From assembly GCA_963924565.1 (NCBI GenBank), contig OZ004609.1:27900001-27964000 (forward strand): DNA of 64,000 nt, given 5' to 3'. Made by a program: the position numbers and the translations under genes. The stretch comes from Ascidiella aspersa (taxonomy: Eukaryota). A model generated the notes under the pieces. That model saw nothing but the letters and a program-made list of their open reading frames with translations, was not told where the DNA came from and ran no database searches. Positions 24,701 through 37,876 of this stretch are shown piece by piece; within the stretch, counting starts at the first letter, position 1; each line of letters starts with the position of its first letter.

Positions 24701-27294
24701 GCGCAGTTCGATCGACTCCGAGAACCAGGTGTACTTCGCGCCTTCGTTGCGACCGATTTGCGCTGCGGAAAGAAACGCGTTTTACTCGACACCAGTACAT
24801 ATTGAATAGCTATAGAAGTGTTGTTTTCGTCGTTTTGGTGTGCGTTCGTGAATCACCTATGGTTTGACTATCTTCGTTTTGCTTATTTTTAAACAAGCCA
24901 CAAATGTATAGTTGAGTTTGGTGCTTTACATTTCCTTAAGTCGTTTTCTCAAGCGCAAATCAACTTTGGCGGATATAAAGTCTAATAAGTCTTTTAAAAT
25001 ACAATTAGTATTAAAATAAATTACAATTAGTTTAAAGCGCTACTGTTTGGTAAATAAATTTCGATCCAAGTATCCAGTAATTCGAACTGTATTCTATCTG
25101 AAGCTAGCTAACTGTATTTAGAAATTTTACGTAAAAAAACTACATTTTTGGCTGACAAAAAGTAACCACACTCACTGCTAAGATATAGACTTCCTTAAAT
25201 CGTAAACATTTGACTTATATATATATGATATATTCAATGTTCTAGCAATGTGTCATTCTGGCTGTGTTCGATGAATGAAAACTGTTGAACCTTCACGAAT
25301 ATTACTTTTTTTAGTTCACCTACCGTTCTGGTTGTCTTTGGTGAACATCTCCTTAAAGTAGGGACTGCAAGCTGCCAGCAGGGACCTGTGCACTGGGTAA
25401 CGGGTATTTCCCGCAATCAGCGTGACGTCACACAGTAGGTTCTCCGACCTGAGACCATTGAATCCGTCGAGCAGAGCGTTGTTGTATGCGCTCGACGTGT
25501 AAACCGTCTCCGGGTAACCGCCCTTCAGTTGGGAGAAGGAGCTGCAAACATATATGTCAAAAATTATAACGGTATTTCAAATGACAAAGCAGATATTCTA
25601 ACCATTGTGCCATGGAATACTCATGCAAGCTATTAAAGTGGTGTGATCAACTATGTATAACGATTGACTTCAGACAGGTTATTACTGAAATTCTAAGTAA
25701 CGTTGATTATTCTAATTAACATTAATGCAACGTTTTGAAATGACTTTTCTAATGTATTTATTTCAAACAACAGCACACCAGCGCTTGGGTCTTTATTTAA
25801 AGTCTGTATACCACCTATATAGACTAGCTTAAAATAATATGGCTACTTAAACACATTTCAAACATAAAGAGTGGTATTGTCATGAAGTATAGGGCTTACT
25901 GCTAAATCCTTCAGCGTAAATCTTTAAATACAGGGACTGCGTTGAATAATATTGCACATTAGGTTGGGTCGCAAAACACTTTTTTTCAAATCCACCAGCC
26001 TTATATGGATTTTGATAGATAGAAACCTAAAACCGTTATATACAAAGTTTAAGCTCATTTGAACATGTATTGGTGTGAGGAAATTGAGTTGAATTTTTGC
26101 CAAAAATCGCAAAATTGTGTAAAAATGAGATATTTTGGGTTATGTGTAATCTATGTTTTTTAAATGAAATTTGTTTGCTGTGACCTTATACTTGTTTTTT
26201 AAACAGTTATGGAATAACTAAAACAATTTAGAGCTGCAGAGATTGCATTTTAATATATTTTTGCGGTATTTAAATAAATTGAATTTTTGCCAAAAATCGC
26301 AAAATTTTATAAAGAGGCAAAATTTCGGATTGCCTTCAATTTGTAGTTTTCAAGTCAAACCTGAATTTAAATTAATGTTCATGGAAGATAAAGACTCAAA
26401 ATTGCAAAATTTTACCCAGTCAATTGAAAGGGCTATTAGATTTGTTACAGAAGCAAGTCAACCGTTTGTAAATTTAAAAAAAGAAAGGAAATGATTCTTT
26501 TAAAGTTGAACTCCCGAAAACTTCATGCATCATCTGAATCAAAAACAGAATTTTATGTCATTTGCATTTGCAGTGACAGGCAACAACTTTTTTACTGCAT
26601 TTTGACCCTTTCAGCAAAAAATCGATTTTTAATACTGGCGTAATTAATGTTAAAATGGAGTCTCCTGCCGCTATTCCATCTGCAGTGAGTCTTTAGCTTC
26701 CATAAACATTAAAATAAAACTAGAGATTGAAAGCAATCCGAAATTTTGTCTTTTTATAAATTTTTGCGATTTTTGGCAATTTTTATTAATACTGCAAATA
26801 AATATTACAATGCAATCTCTACAGATCTAACTTGCTTCAGTTATTCCATAACTGTCTTAAAAGAAGAATAAGGTCACAGCAAATGAATTTCACTTGTAAA
26901 ATAGGGATTAAACTTAACCTAAAATTTCCTAGTTTTACCCGATTTTGCGATTTTCGGCAAAAATTCAACTCGATTTCCTCACACCAATACATGTTCAAAT
27001 GACCTCAAACTTTGTATATAACGGTTTTAGGGTTCTATCTATCAAAATCCATATAAGGCAAGTGGATTTGAAAAAAAAGTGTTTTCGCGACCCGCCCTAT
27101 TGCACATACTTTGAATCTTAATGCCTGATAAAAGTGGAAACATTCATATTTGGTTACCTTATCGATTAAAATCGTTAGTATTTATTCTACGTGAGAAATG
27201 CCTAGCGTTTACTAACAAACCTATCGGTTGTGGTTGGGAAACTGGACACAGACGAGGAATCGGTGGACGGCTTCACCATCAGTTTTGCCGACAT
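18743..27294 (-). CDS. KLHL9/13: Kelch-like BTB-BACK-Kelch protein, KLHL9/KLHL13 orthologue (CUL3 substrate adaptor), 12 exons, 619 aa
   Basis: Exons (minus) 27294-27221, 25541-25324, 24762-24590, 23870-23731, 23563-23417, 23069-22946, 22550-22415, 21617-21461, 20860-20668, 20256-20075, 19306-19168, 18919-18743 total 1860 nt and are open. BTB LLCDVTL..HRSLLAACSPYF; KIRFPLM..VDFMRT..LLLEASSYHMLPHSQP..RTKIRS and NFLYVLGGQ..GKTSV..RYDPRFNTWM match remembered KLHL9/13 sequence. Confidence 0.92.
19493..20100. repeat. Intronic A-B-B'-A' duplication containing copies of the KLHL exon-10 3' end and donor site
   Basis: A 19493-19590 resembles A' 19959-20050; B 19612-19775 resembles B' 19774-19955; CTTAC plus exon-end sequence at 19752-19775, 19925-19955 and (real) 20070-20100. 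Confidence 0.9.
22049..22401. mobile_element. hAT-type MITE (TAGGGA..CCGAT family)
   Basis: Ends TAGGGACGGCCGATA / TATCGGACATCTCTA; perfect 8-bp TSD GGAAGTAG (22041-22048, 22402-22409); internal CCGAT(A) repeats. Confidence 0.88.
25960..27099. mobile_element. Non-autonomous hAT-like element with very long (~430 bp) inverted arms, in KLHL9/13 intron 1
   Basis: Ends TAGGTTGGGTCGC...GCGACCCGCCCTA; perfect 8-bp TSD TTGCACAT (25952-25959 and 27100-27107); arms ~25960-26397 and ~26687-27099 align as reverse complements; no ORF. Confidence 0.9.
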
Positions 27295-30200
27295 GGTTCG
27301 GTGCAACAACAAAAACTTGGTTAAAAGTAAGCCTGAAAAAATTTGACAAGGTTTTAAGTCTTTGCTGTACAGCACACTGCTCTAGCTTAAAGTTGAAAAA
27401 AAAATCCTAATGTTTCTGATTTGCACGTGGTTTCTCTTGAAAAGCATATTTAGTTACGCCTCTAAAACACATTAGGCTATACACTTTCTTTCCTTTTTGT
27501 CGAACACACTTTACCAGTACCAGCATCTACTGGATAAACGAACAAAAGCGAACCAAGAAAACTGCTTCTTTTTACCGGACGGCGCTGCGATAAACTACAG
27601 TGCTTCTGGCGGTCGTTTGCTTGATATCGCTTCATTCGTCCACGTAAGAAATCGCACAGCAATGCCCCCGGGCTGCGACACCTCGCCCAAACGTCGCGTC
27701 ACCAAACACGTCCTGCCAGTTCGCCAAATGCCGCCGCTGACGTGTGCTCACCGGCGCTTTGTTTAATGTCGCTGCGTGATCAACGGGGCGCCATTTAACT
27801 TGGCGTAAACAGACAACTCTTAAAAGTGTTTATCACCAAGTGTAGGCGATTTAGGAAGGATTCGCAAAATCATACGTCTGCAGCCCTGATTGGTTAGCAA
27901 TTCGCCATAATTTGACCTTGTTATACAGCTTTCCTTACTTTGCTTCGTTACATATCTACCTTTCCATGCAACGCTGACGGTTGGGAAAGATACAATGTTA
28001 GTTCGTAAATACATAGTTGGCATCTGGAAGCATTAATTATTTCGTGAATTGCTGCTTAAATATAGGCGTTTAAATTTAGCTTTTACAAAGGGGTTAACTA
28101 CGTCGGATTAGTAATTATGTGTGATACTCCAACACCTAACTTATGGCACAGTTCGGAATACCTTATAGTCTTAATATCTTATAAGTCGTTATAAAATCGA
28201 AACCCGTCGGAATAAAACCTAAATGGCCAGACTTGGTCCTATACAACTTTTTAACTAATCTTAAATCCCCTGCACCCCTGACTTTATTACTAACTCCCTT
28301 ACTAATATGAAACCTTACCCGATTTATACCCCCTTCACAACCCCTCGTTGCCCTTCCCTAACCTTAAACATGGTCACACAATTCGATGACAAAACAGCGC
28401 CCCCTTAACGGTGCCGTCCAAATTAGGGCGCCCAAACGTCGATACCAAAACGGCCAATGCCAGACAGGTGACCCTCATTTGTCCCATACCCACCGACCTA
28501 CCAGGTTTAGGTCTTCATAAGACGACTTTGCATTTTATTCGAAATATTGCTGGGAATTTAGTTACATTATGTCGTTAGTTTTAATAATATGGTATTAAAG
28601 AATATTATTTTCATTTAAATATTGTTGCTTTGTAGGCCTTATTGTTCCTTATATGTAACTGACTGACCGTTTTTTCAGGTTGGGCGTTTATATAGTAACT
28701 ATATATAGTAACCTGACAACGTCATCCGCATGGTAGAAAAAAGCTCTAATGACCTTTTTAGTAGGTCAGTGAAAACAAGTTGGGAAATCCCAGAGGTGGC
28801 ATATCTCCCAGCTTCTTTGTGTAATATTCGTGTGATAATTAGGTAAAAATGCAGTTAAGGCAGAAATGCTTTTCTACAAATAAATAAAATATCATTGCCC
28901 AATAGAGATTTTATTCGTAGCCTATAGCCGCAACTTTAAGTTTTGCCTTGGAAAATTCTCGCTCGCTATTAGATCATAACGCTGCCTATATATAACGCCC
29001 GTCTCAAACAAAAAGTGGTGCAATGCTGCCAAATAATATTATCAGTACGCGGAAGCGCGAGCTGCGGATTGCGTAGCGCTTGGAAACTGAAAACGGCGAG
29101 AAGAAAAAACAAGTATAGGCGTTTGAACTGTTTCAATTGAACCGTTAAACAAAACAAGGAAGTAACTTGCGATTAATAATTACGCTATTGTTTCTGTAGG
29201 ACAACGCGAGAGCAAGTAGTGGACACCCTGGGTTGTTGAAAATACTGGTAAAATACTGGTAAGTAAAAGAAAAAGTTATAAATAACCATAAAGTATGTTG
29301 TCGTAAGGCGAAACATTTCAGTGATGGTTTGCATGCGAAATTACTTTTCTATCAATCTTATTCTTACATTCGAGAAAGTTTAGGTTATTTGGACAGTTTA
29401 TTGGGACTAAATGTTAAGTTTTCTGTTATACCACTTACAAACCAAACACGAACAAAGCAAAGTTAAGTACAAGATTGAATATTTTAATATTAAAAAAACG
29501 AGGCTTATAACATACTGTGAACATAATACATTAACCTATTGCAGTTACGAAAAAATAAAAGGTTTCCAGAAAAGTGACTTATCGAGTAAAAGCGTACGCA
29601 TATGTTTTATGATAACTGATTAACAAAATCATTTAATGAGCATTCCAAAGGTTTGGCGTGAATTACTGTAAAAAAGAAGTACAGTGCAGTGTTGTTTTCG
29701 TATAATCTGCAATGGGCTATTCGGTCAAGGTTATAGTTTGTAAACTAACCCTTTTGCATACAGTTAGGATTGTTGTAATTGATTCCTAATAGTGAAAATG
29801 AAAATGCTGTAAGATGCCCAAAGAGCTTTTTCGGGTCGTTCACATTTTTTTGCATAAAAACACAAAAAATGTACAAGTAAAATCAAATAAAGCGTTAAAA
29901 CAGTGGCTCGCAAGATTGTCACCGCTTTTTACAAAGTGCGCGGGTGCTCCAGAAAAGGAAGCAGGTCTAGGTATATATACAATCTATTTACAGGGAGGCT
30001 TTACACCGAATTACCAGGACAAGATTTACCCGTCACTGTTCGGTTAACACTTGATAAGGCCTGTCAAACGTATATACGCGTAATAAAGTTAAGGTCCTGT
30101 ATAGCATGAAGGAGCATTTACATCAAAACACGAAAAGGACTACACAGTTTTAACTGCCCGGAAATGACGAAAACAACACTGGTTATTTACACTTAGATTG

Positions 30201-30688
30201 CAAATAAAATAACAGGAGGCAGTTTAGACTGCGCCTCTGTCGACCCGACGCTTTAAGCGCGTTTTTAACTAACAGCTTTATATACAATTTGTAGTTTAGC
30301 CTGAAAACAACGCGCAAAACAATTATCTTCAATTGAAAAGATCTGATTAAAAAACAACGCTCCATATATATTTATAGTACAAAGTAAAAAAAATTACACG
30401 ATTGCTGGTCACTGCAGTGCTAGCATCGTTAAGCTTTACAATTCGTTAAGAATCATTAAAAAATGTACACCTGACATGAAAAAAGTAATCTTAACGAAAA
30501 ACAGGTTTTATAAGCGAAATGCTTTGACGGTTTGTAATTAACCGTAGTTCATAATTTCGTATATAGATATAAAAAGATTGGTAGAAAAACACCGAAAAAC
30601 CATTGGTCGTCTCACACCGAATTAAAAAATGGAAATAGAATGTGCGAGTATGTCTTCGCCTTCAGTTGTATTAACATGACCGATAAGC

Positions 30689-33600
30689 TTAAGTGGTGGT
30701 CATACTACTGGTCACTGCTTGCGTTGCGACGTCGGTGTTGACCATGACACCTTTTGTTGTGGCTCCGGTCGCGGTCGTGTCTGCTGACGTAGTGGTCGCG
30801 GCCATGCTGCTGGCAGCTGTGGAAGAGGGGACGGTGGGCACGGGGACAGTAGAAGAGACAGCCTGGGTCATATTTGTCGCAGGCGTGGCCGTTGGTAGAG
30901 CCGCTGTGGACATCGTGGTTGGACTTGTAGTCGGAGATGTTGTAGGAATCGTTGTGGTTGTGGCTGCTGTGGTCGGAGATGTTGTAGGAATCGTTGTGGT
31001 TGTGGCTGCTGTGGTCGACAATGTTATGGTAGTGCTCGGTGCCTTTGTGGTTGTTGTAGTCGTTGGTGATGATGTTGTAGTTGCCATTGTCGCAACGGTA
31101 CTGGGTGAAGCGGTTGTCATCATTGTTGTCATTGGTGTCATAGGCTCTTTGGTTGTCGATTTGGTCGTCCCAGGTGTACCGCCCGATCGTTCTGGTTCAG
31201 TTTGACCTAGGAGGAGTATTTGTTTAATGTATTTTTTCCTGTGAGCCGCCAATTTTTCGAGTTACCGGATCAGGATTTCAAGTTACCGACATATGAAGGC
31301 ACGGTAGTAAATTCCAGTGAAAAGTAAAGATACGTTGCATGGCTAGCGATTAGGCCAATGATCATGGCTATTAATTTAAAACAACAATAAAAACTTAACA
31401 AAATAGTTTTATTCATTTTGCGCGCCCCATACAACGGTTAAAAATATTGCGACTCTGTGCCCTCATGCGTCCAAATGTTATTGTACAAAACGATTCCTTT
31501 TTAATGTTCAAAACCCAACTCACAAGATCTTTCGTGCATGCAAATTTAGCGACTCAGCCTATAAGTACATAACCCTTAGCCACAAGTAAAAGGCCACTCA
31601 GTTACCTGGCCAACAATTATTTTCTCGCCGTATACATGACCAGCACGATATTTTACCGCCGTCTACCCACCTGACAGGGAAGCAAGCAGGGCAATGATGA
31701 CGATTACCAGTACCACGATGATGGCGGCAATAATTATCTCCAACTTGTACTTTCGGAACCTCCTGCCCCACTTTGATCCGCCACCCCGGGTAGCAACGCT
31801 CCCTGTCATAAAGAAAGCACGGCGTTTTTTTCGCTTTCGGGCCTTGGCACAATTTTTGCACAGTGTCTATACTAGCAATCTTTTGTATTTTTAACAAATG
31901 CGAATGTGCAATAAGATATCATAGGCGGGGCGGGGCCTTTTGACAAACGTCTAGTTTTATATTTGTAATTTCGCTTTTTTTATTACCTTTCGATCAAAGC
32001 GCAAGTTAAGTTATACTGATCATTTAACCTGTCGAAGCCAGAATAAATGCTACATCATCAGTTAAAACGATATTACTTGAAGGAAAATGAAAACGCATTA
32101 TCCAGTTGCAACGGTTTTATTTATTTTTTTGTGACCCTCTCGCTTAGAACCCATACTCGTTATATTACGATTAAGACACTATAGAGTTACTTACTGTTTT
32201 TACAGTTTTAATATCCCAAACTCCCATTCAGAGCGAGTTACCAACGGATAAAAAAAGCGAAAATAGCGAGCACTATAGCGACCATAGAACACAAATTGAT
32301 TGGTAGCACATGCGTTAAGTTTACCTTCGACGTCACCATTTCCGACCAAGGCGTTGCGACTTCCCACGTCAGTCTGTTGCTGCGCTATGGCTAAGAATAA
32401 AACACAAGGTAACATACAGTCTTTTCAAGCATCAACATATATACTGTATATATAAACAATAAAAATATTTTGACTCATCAAAACATGCATTGCCTAGATC
32501 AGTGTTTCGCAACCTTTTTTGGCTTGCGACACCCTACAGAAATTATAAATAGTTCGCAGCACCCTTGCTCGTACTTTTGTAACGTTACAATAAACGATAT
32601 CGAAACAACACATTAACTGTACAACAAGGTTGATAAAACCTTTTTAATTATCGGCACTTTGATCGTACATAAAAAATCACGAAATTTACCAATAGAGCAC
32701 AAATGGGAATCCTTAAGAATTTGAAATATGGCACCCTAGAGTGCCGCGGCATCCCGGTGGAGAACACTGGCCTAGATAGAGCAAAACTAGACACCTCAGA
32801 ATTTAAATCTCTTTGTTTCCCACTCATCCCATAAACTTATTCATACTTAGTCAACCAATAAACTGTAGTGTACATGTTGATGTCACACATTATTATCATG
32901 TTGATGTCACACATTATTATCATGTTAATGTCACACATTATTATCTTTGTGGCTCCTCGATAATGCGTCAACTGTTTACAGGAATTTCAAACGATGATAA
33001 CTATACGTGCTTAATATTCGAAAAGCATGCAGCAATACTACACAGAACTGGTCATATTAACACAATCAAAACGGATAACACTCTAAAGTGAATCAAATTT
33101 ATTAAGATTTAAAAAAATGGGAGAATTTTTTTGAAATATTATCGCCGCAGCCTGAATTAAGATGTCATACTTAACAGTTTTGCATTTTTCAGTCAAACTT
33201 AATCGTCATGATTACATCAATGCGAATCCTCCATTTTTATTTGTGCCCTACTAAATCGGAATACAAAACTGAGTGATACTATAGGAGTGTTTTATTATTT
33301 AGCACTTTTATTGTTGTAAGTTTAATCTATTATAACGGGATTGTGCCATTTCAAATATTTTTTGCTACATTCATATACGTTGTCAATTAGTGGTATGTAA
33401 AAATCCGACAACTTACCTAACGTTTGCTCGGCGTTGCCCGGAGAGTCTTTGTCACCATCATCATCGTCATCATCATCATCGTCATCATCATCATCGTCAT
33501 CATTATCATCTTCATTATCTTCATCCTTGTCCTCCTCGTCTCCTTGCTTACCATCTTCTTCTTGCTTCGCGCCGTCTTCATTCCCTCCCGCGGTCTGCTC

Positions 33601-33825
33601 CGTTTCTTCCTCGGACTCTTCCGAAGAAGTCTCGTTATCCTTCTGCTCTTCTTCCGCGTCTTTGGACGTCCCCACCGCCTCTTCCTGTTCTGCAGGTTCC
33701 TCTTTATCCTCTTCCTTTTGGACCTCTTCCTCTTGCTCTTTGTTGCTGTTGCTCTTCAGTTCATCCAGCTCGATGTCGTTGCTCGCTCCCGGGGCCCCCG
33801 CGTCCGAATCACTGTTGTCCGCCAT
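30689..33825 (-). CDS. Orphan single-pass (probably type II) membrane protein: D/E-rich N-terminal domain, TM helix, Thr-rich mucin-like C-terminal stalk; 4 exons, 374 aa
   Basis: Exons 33825-33417, 32390-32325, 31802-31671, 31206-30689 are joined by three phase-1 GT-AG introns, total 1125 nt, open to TAA. Exon 3 encodes KWGRRFRKYK followed by LEIIIAAIIVVLVIVIIALLASL. No signal peptide and no recognisable globular domain. Confidence 0.85.
32500..32769. mobile_element. hAT (Charlie-like) MITE, same family as 13992-14290
   Basis: Ends CAGTGTTTCGCAACC / GGTGGAGAACACTG; perfect TSD GCCTAGAT (32492-32499, 32770-32777). Confidence 0.88.
32872..32945. repeat. 24-bp tandem repeat x3 (CATGTTGATGTCACACATTATTAT)
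   Basis: Read directly; the third copy has one substitution. Confidence 0.9.
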
Positions 33826-35814
33826 CCGTGAGTAAGTTGTTGTTATAAATGGCTTGCAGCGAGATAAGATTTTACTAAATGAAAACGCATCAAATCGCTG
33901 CTAAAATAAAAAATAAAAATATGCTTATTCTGCTCTCTCAATATACTCTCTGTCTGAGAATAATATGACTTATATACAAAGTGGTCGCCAGTATCGTACA
34001 TCCTATATGGATGGATGGTCTTCTAACATTGGCATTGGATTATTCTTTGGGTGATTAGTTTCTATTTATACCTTTACAGCAATTATCTGTTTAAACATTT
34101 ACAGTAATTTACTTAAATGTATACTGCGTTGGTCAATTGTATAAATCCGGTACGTTGTTTAATTTACCTTACTAAACTTGTAAAAACTCTTAAAAACTGA
34201 CCGTCTTTGCACTCTAGCTAAAGTTTGTCTGTATGGCTGCGAAATACGTAAAAACTATCAATCAGAATCTTTGTGTTGTCGAAACAGACCTAAATGGACA
34301 AAATATGCTGCCGGTAACTTTATAGTGAAACAAGGCATCCGATGAAATGCGGCAGAAACACATCGAAGTATGTATATACCACGCACTGTTGGCGCCCAAC
34401 TTACAAGGAAGGAAGAGGCCTCACTGTAGCGCCCACCTTATGTGATGTTTTGTTGGTGCTAAAAGCTACAACATACAACCAGAGCTAACACTTAAGTAAA
34501 CGACAGTCTGTGTCGAGGCGCAGCGTTAAACAACAACAATATATGGTGCCTCGACGAATCTACAGAACGCAGCGTTTTCACAGAGGTAATTGTACAAACT
34601 GAGTTGGTGACTCTGCCCTTGTATTCTTCATTCGCGTGACGACTGAGGGCGAATGGAGTACAGTGTCTGCTTGTAGGCGCGGCACATAACACGATTTTCC
34701 TTATAGCGAAACTGCGTCTGTACCGGTAGTCTAAACATAACTTAACCAGCGTAAAAATCGCTAAAACGATGCAACATTGAAAGTAAACGCGTCAACCGCG
34801 GATCACCGTTTGAATTGTTTAAAGTCGTTTTTTTATCTTTTAACACCCACTAAATTATGTTACATACTTTATACAAAAATACGAAGCTTTATGATTAGTA
34901 CATTGCTAATACCGCCGCGCAACACACACACGCATTTTCAACAAGTTGCAAATCCTGATTTTGTCGTCTAACCATGTTCGAAAGTGGGTCCCGATCTGTT
35001 CTAAATCAATAAACATGCCTATTGTTCTGCTCAAACTTAAACCAACACTAAGCCTAACTATAGGCAATGTACTCCCACAAGCCTCTCAACTCCGGCAGAC
35101 GGCAACTTCGCAGCGCCCAAAAGAAGACATGCAGCAGTATGCGCAAAGCAAGGCGCGTCTCTGTCTCGCTACTTCCTTGTTGATTTGCCATCTAGCGCTT
35201 TTTGGCGGCCCGGGTCAGTCAGCGCACGACCGGTGACAATGCCCTGGACTTCCACGGCCTGCATAGCGTCGTCTGTGCTCGCGCTGAGTCAGTACACGGC
35301 TCCTTCTGTCGGGGCGCCGGAGCTCGGTGAAAGCGATTGATTGGAGGAAAGTTGCAGCCGATAAGCAAAACTACCTCTTCGACTAGGCGCCGCGCGTTTT
35401 TCTTCCTGTTTTTTGCGATGGGAATTCTGGTTACGCGGTTTCGTTTGTACTTTGACTGACGCGAAGTCTCGCGTTCGAAGTTAGCGAAAGCCTTGCCAAG
35501 CCTATGTGAACGTTTTGCTTCTTGTGTTAACAGTCACCGACACGGTTGTCGCGCCAACCATATGCTTTTATATACATGAAAATATTAGAACAGTGTTCTG
35601 CTGAGGTTTTTACTTTTAAGGTTTCCCTGTTGTAAATGTCTTAGTCAGAGGACCTGTAATCTACGGGGAAACTTGGTCCAAACCGCTATTGTGATTTTTG
35701 GTTGTTTTTTTGCTATTTACACACTTTATGTTTGACAATCATTAAAACCTCAACAAGAAAAACCAAAATTTGAGTTAGAAAATGCAAACGCAGCGTTTTT
35801 AACGTTTAACTTAC

Positions 35815-35872
35815 CTCTTGATCACCATTATAACACTGTAACACATGCACCCTTAAGCATACGGGGTCATGT
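35815..35872 (-). other. Candidate non-coding 5'UTR exon of the acidic-TM-mucin gene
   Basis: Flanked on the minus strand by TTTTTATTTCAG and GAG|GTAAGT; contains only a 5-codon uORF; linkage to the gene is inferred. Confidence 0.35.
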
Positions 35873-36896
35873 CTGAAATAAAAAAGTTTATTTTTAACTG
35901 TGCCCTTTGTTTGGATCCCGGCCCATTCGGTTGCTTATAGAAAAAAGCTTTCGGTGATCTAATTGTTTTGTATTATACTCTGAGCAACCCAGGCATCCCA
36001 CTTCCTCTAGCGTCACTTGAAACTTTTTAAAAAAAACTTTTTGAAGTGGCCATACTATACGCTGCTGCTGTATACTGTTGTCTTCAGCAAACTCTCTTTT
36101 GACCCCTTTCGCTTTAAACGCTGTATGAAGAGATCGGCTCATATATAGATGCGTTTCTGTTGCTTTTCCAGTAAAGCACGATTGATCAGGTCTTGACGGT
36201 TGCCTGCACATAATCGCGATGACTAAACCATCTCCTGAAACATATGTTTGTCACACTTGTGCTACACGGCGTTACTCAGCCTACAAAACAACTGGTTCCA
36301 AATTAGACAAAATTGTTTATATTAGCCTGGTTGCGTTAACAGAGTTTATAGATGGGGGATTGCTAGGATGACTACTGCGCCAAGCATACCATTTCCTTAA
36401 ACTGAAACTAAACAAGGCAAAGGCAATGAGTTATTTAGCTGAGTCCCTACTTGGTAGCCTACTTGCTTACAATTTTTTTTGACCTCACTATCGTAGTAAC
36501 AAGTGGGGCATTTTGTTCTATCACGGTGTTAACTGTTTAAATTAAAACTACGCGGGTTTAATTTTTGAAACGATTTGCATTGCTTCTTCAGTTTTATCTA
36601 TTTCGTTTCGTTTGTTTAGTTACGAATTCCAAACAACGGGAAATCGATTTGTTTATTGTATAGCACCGAATCCTATTTGTTAGTTTTGTGACAGTGTTTA
36701 GACAAAACCTCAAGGTTGGTGAGCTAATGGAGACCAGTTTAGGACATATCGATCATTGTTTCGTGGTGCCTATGACCCTCCAATACAGCAATAATAGAAA
36801 TCACCTATCATGATTAACGCTAACGGCGCTGTGGCTTGCACAAAAATCTAAAACAGCCGGTCGTTCTAATAACTAAGAAATCTGTATAGTCTAGGC

Positions 36897-37876
36897 CAGG
36901 GGTGTCCAACCTTTCAGCTCTTGACGGCCGCATTGACAGTCTTATTTTCCTACGGCCGCAAGTTAAATTTTTTGAGGGATGACTCAAAAATCGTGACGTC
37001 ATAACATAATTAATCTTAAAAAGACGTTTTGTTGTCTAACGAACTCGTGGTAAAATATGGAACCTAAATGCAGATTAATCGCGCGAAGCGCGAAAAAAAA
37101 TGCGTTTATTACGTTTAGATTTGGCAAAACTTTTAATTCAATCGAAATGAGCTTAGGCACATAAAATAATCGCATATAAACACAAGCATTTATGTAAGAA
37201 TTGAATTTTATTTGGAATGCAGCGCAATATGCCATGATATAAATAGCACTTTTGATATTAACGGATTTACTTCAAAGGGACTAAAATACAATAAAGACAG
37301 AGAGAAGAAGTTCGCTCAAAGCGCGAAAAAATAGTGTTTGCATTAAAATTTGTCAACAATAATATTTTTAGGGGGCATGGTCAGGTGTCCTCTCTGGATC
37401 CACCCCTGCTCTAATGCTCTTAGCCAATCTAATGACCAGCAATGGTAGACGAATGTCTAGTTGGCCTATAACATGCCTCAAAGTCCCAAATTCAGCATCT
37501 TTTTTGTATACTGGCATTTGTGTGAAATTTCGTGCAAGTTTTTATTACATTGCCAAAAATTAAAAACAAATTAAAAATATATGCCCAATATTTTTGAATA
37601 CGGTTTCCATTTGTCCGCAACCCACTTGTCAGCCTTCCACTGTTCAACGGTAAAGAAGCGCTGATCTAGTTCAAAAGACAGCCTCAAATCGTAAACGAAC
37701 CGGACGTACAAATATCATTCGCGCGAAGCGCTAAAATTTTACGCACTTGCCTATAGTTAAAATAGTCAAAAAGTATTTGTAATGGACTCGTGACTAGTTT
37801 GTCCTAAGAAGCCGCGGGCTGGATGAATTACATGGCGAGCCGATCCGGTCGGTGGGCCGTAGGTTGCCGACCCCTG
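36897..37876. mobile_element. Non-autonomous hAT-like element, possibly with a nested fragment
   Basis: Ends CAGGGGTGTCCAACCT / AGGTTGCCGACCCCTG; GGCCGC motifs; recurring GCGCGAAGCGC; TSD not conserved. Confidence 0.6.

Noticed and set aside
27780-28500. Palindromic transposon-like relic upstream of KLHL (similar patches at ~43400-43900 and ~46400-46530)
   Set aside because: Looks repeat-derived, but I could not define TIRs or a TSD with confidence.
30693-31205. 170-aa Val-rich hydrophobic ORF on +
   Set aside because: Antisense shadow of the Thr-rich mucin exon (ACN codons read as Val on the other strand).
32872-32945. Short direct repeats as a CRISPR array
   Set aside because: Eukaryotic intron, no spacers; an ordinary minisatellite.
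33390-33848. Three long + strand ORFs (poly-His, poly-Ile, poly-Ser)
   Set aside because: Antisense shadows of the GAT/GAG-rich acidic exon; low-complexity sequence simply lacks stops.
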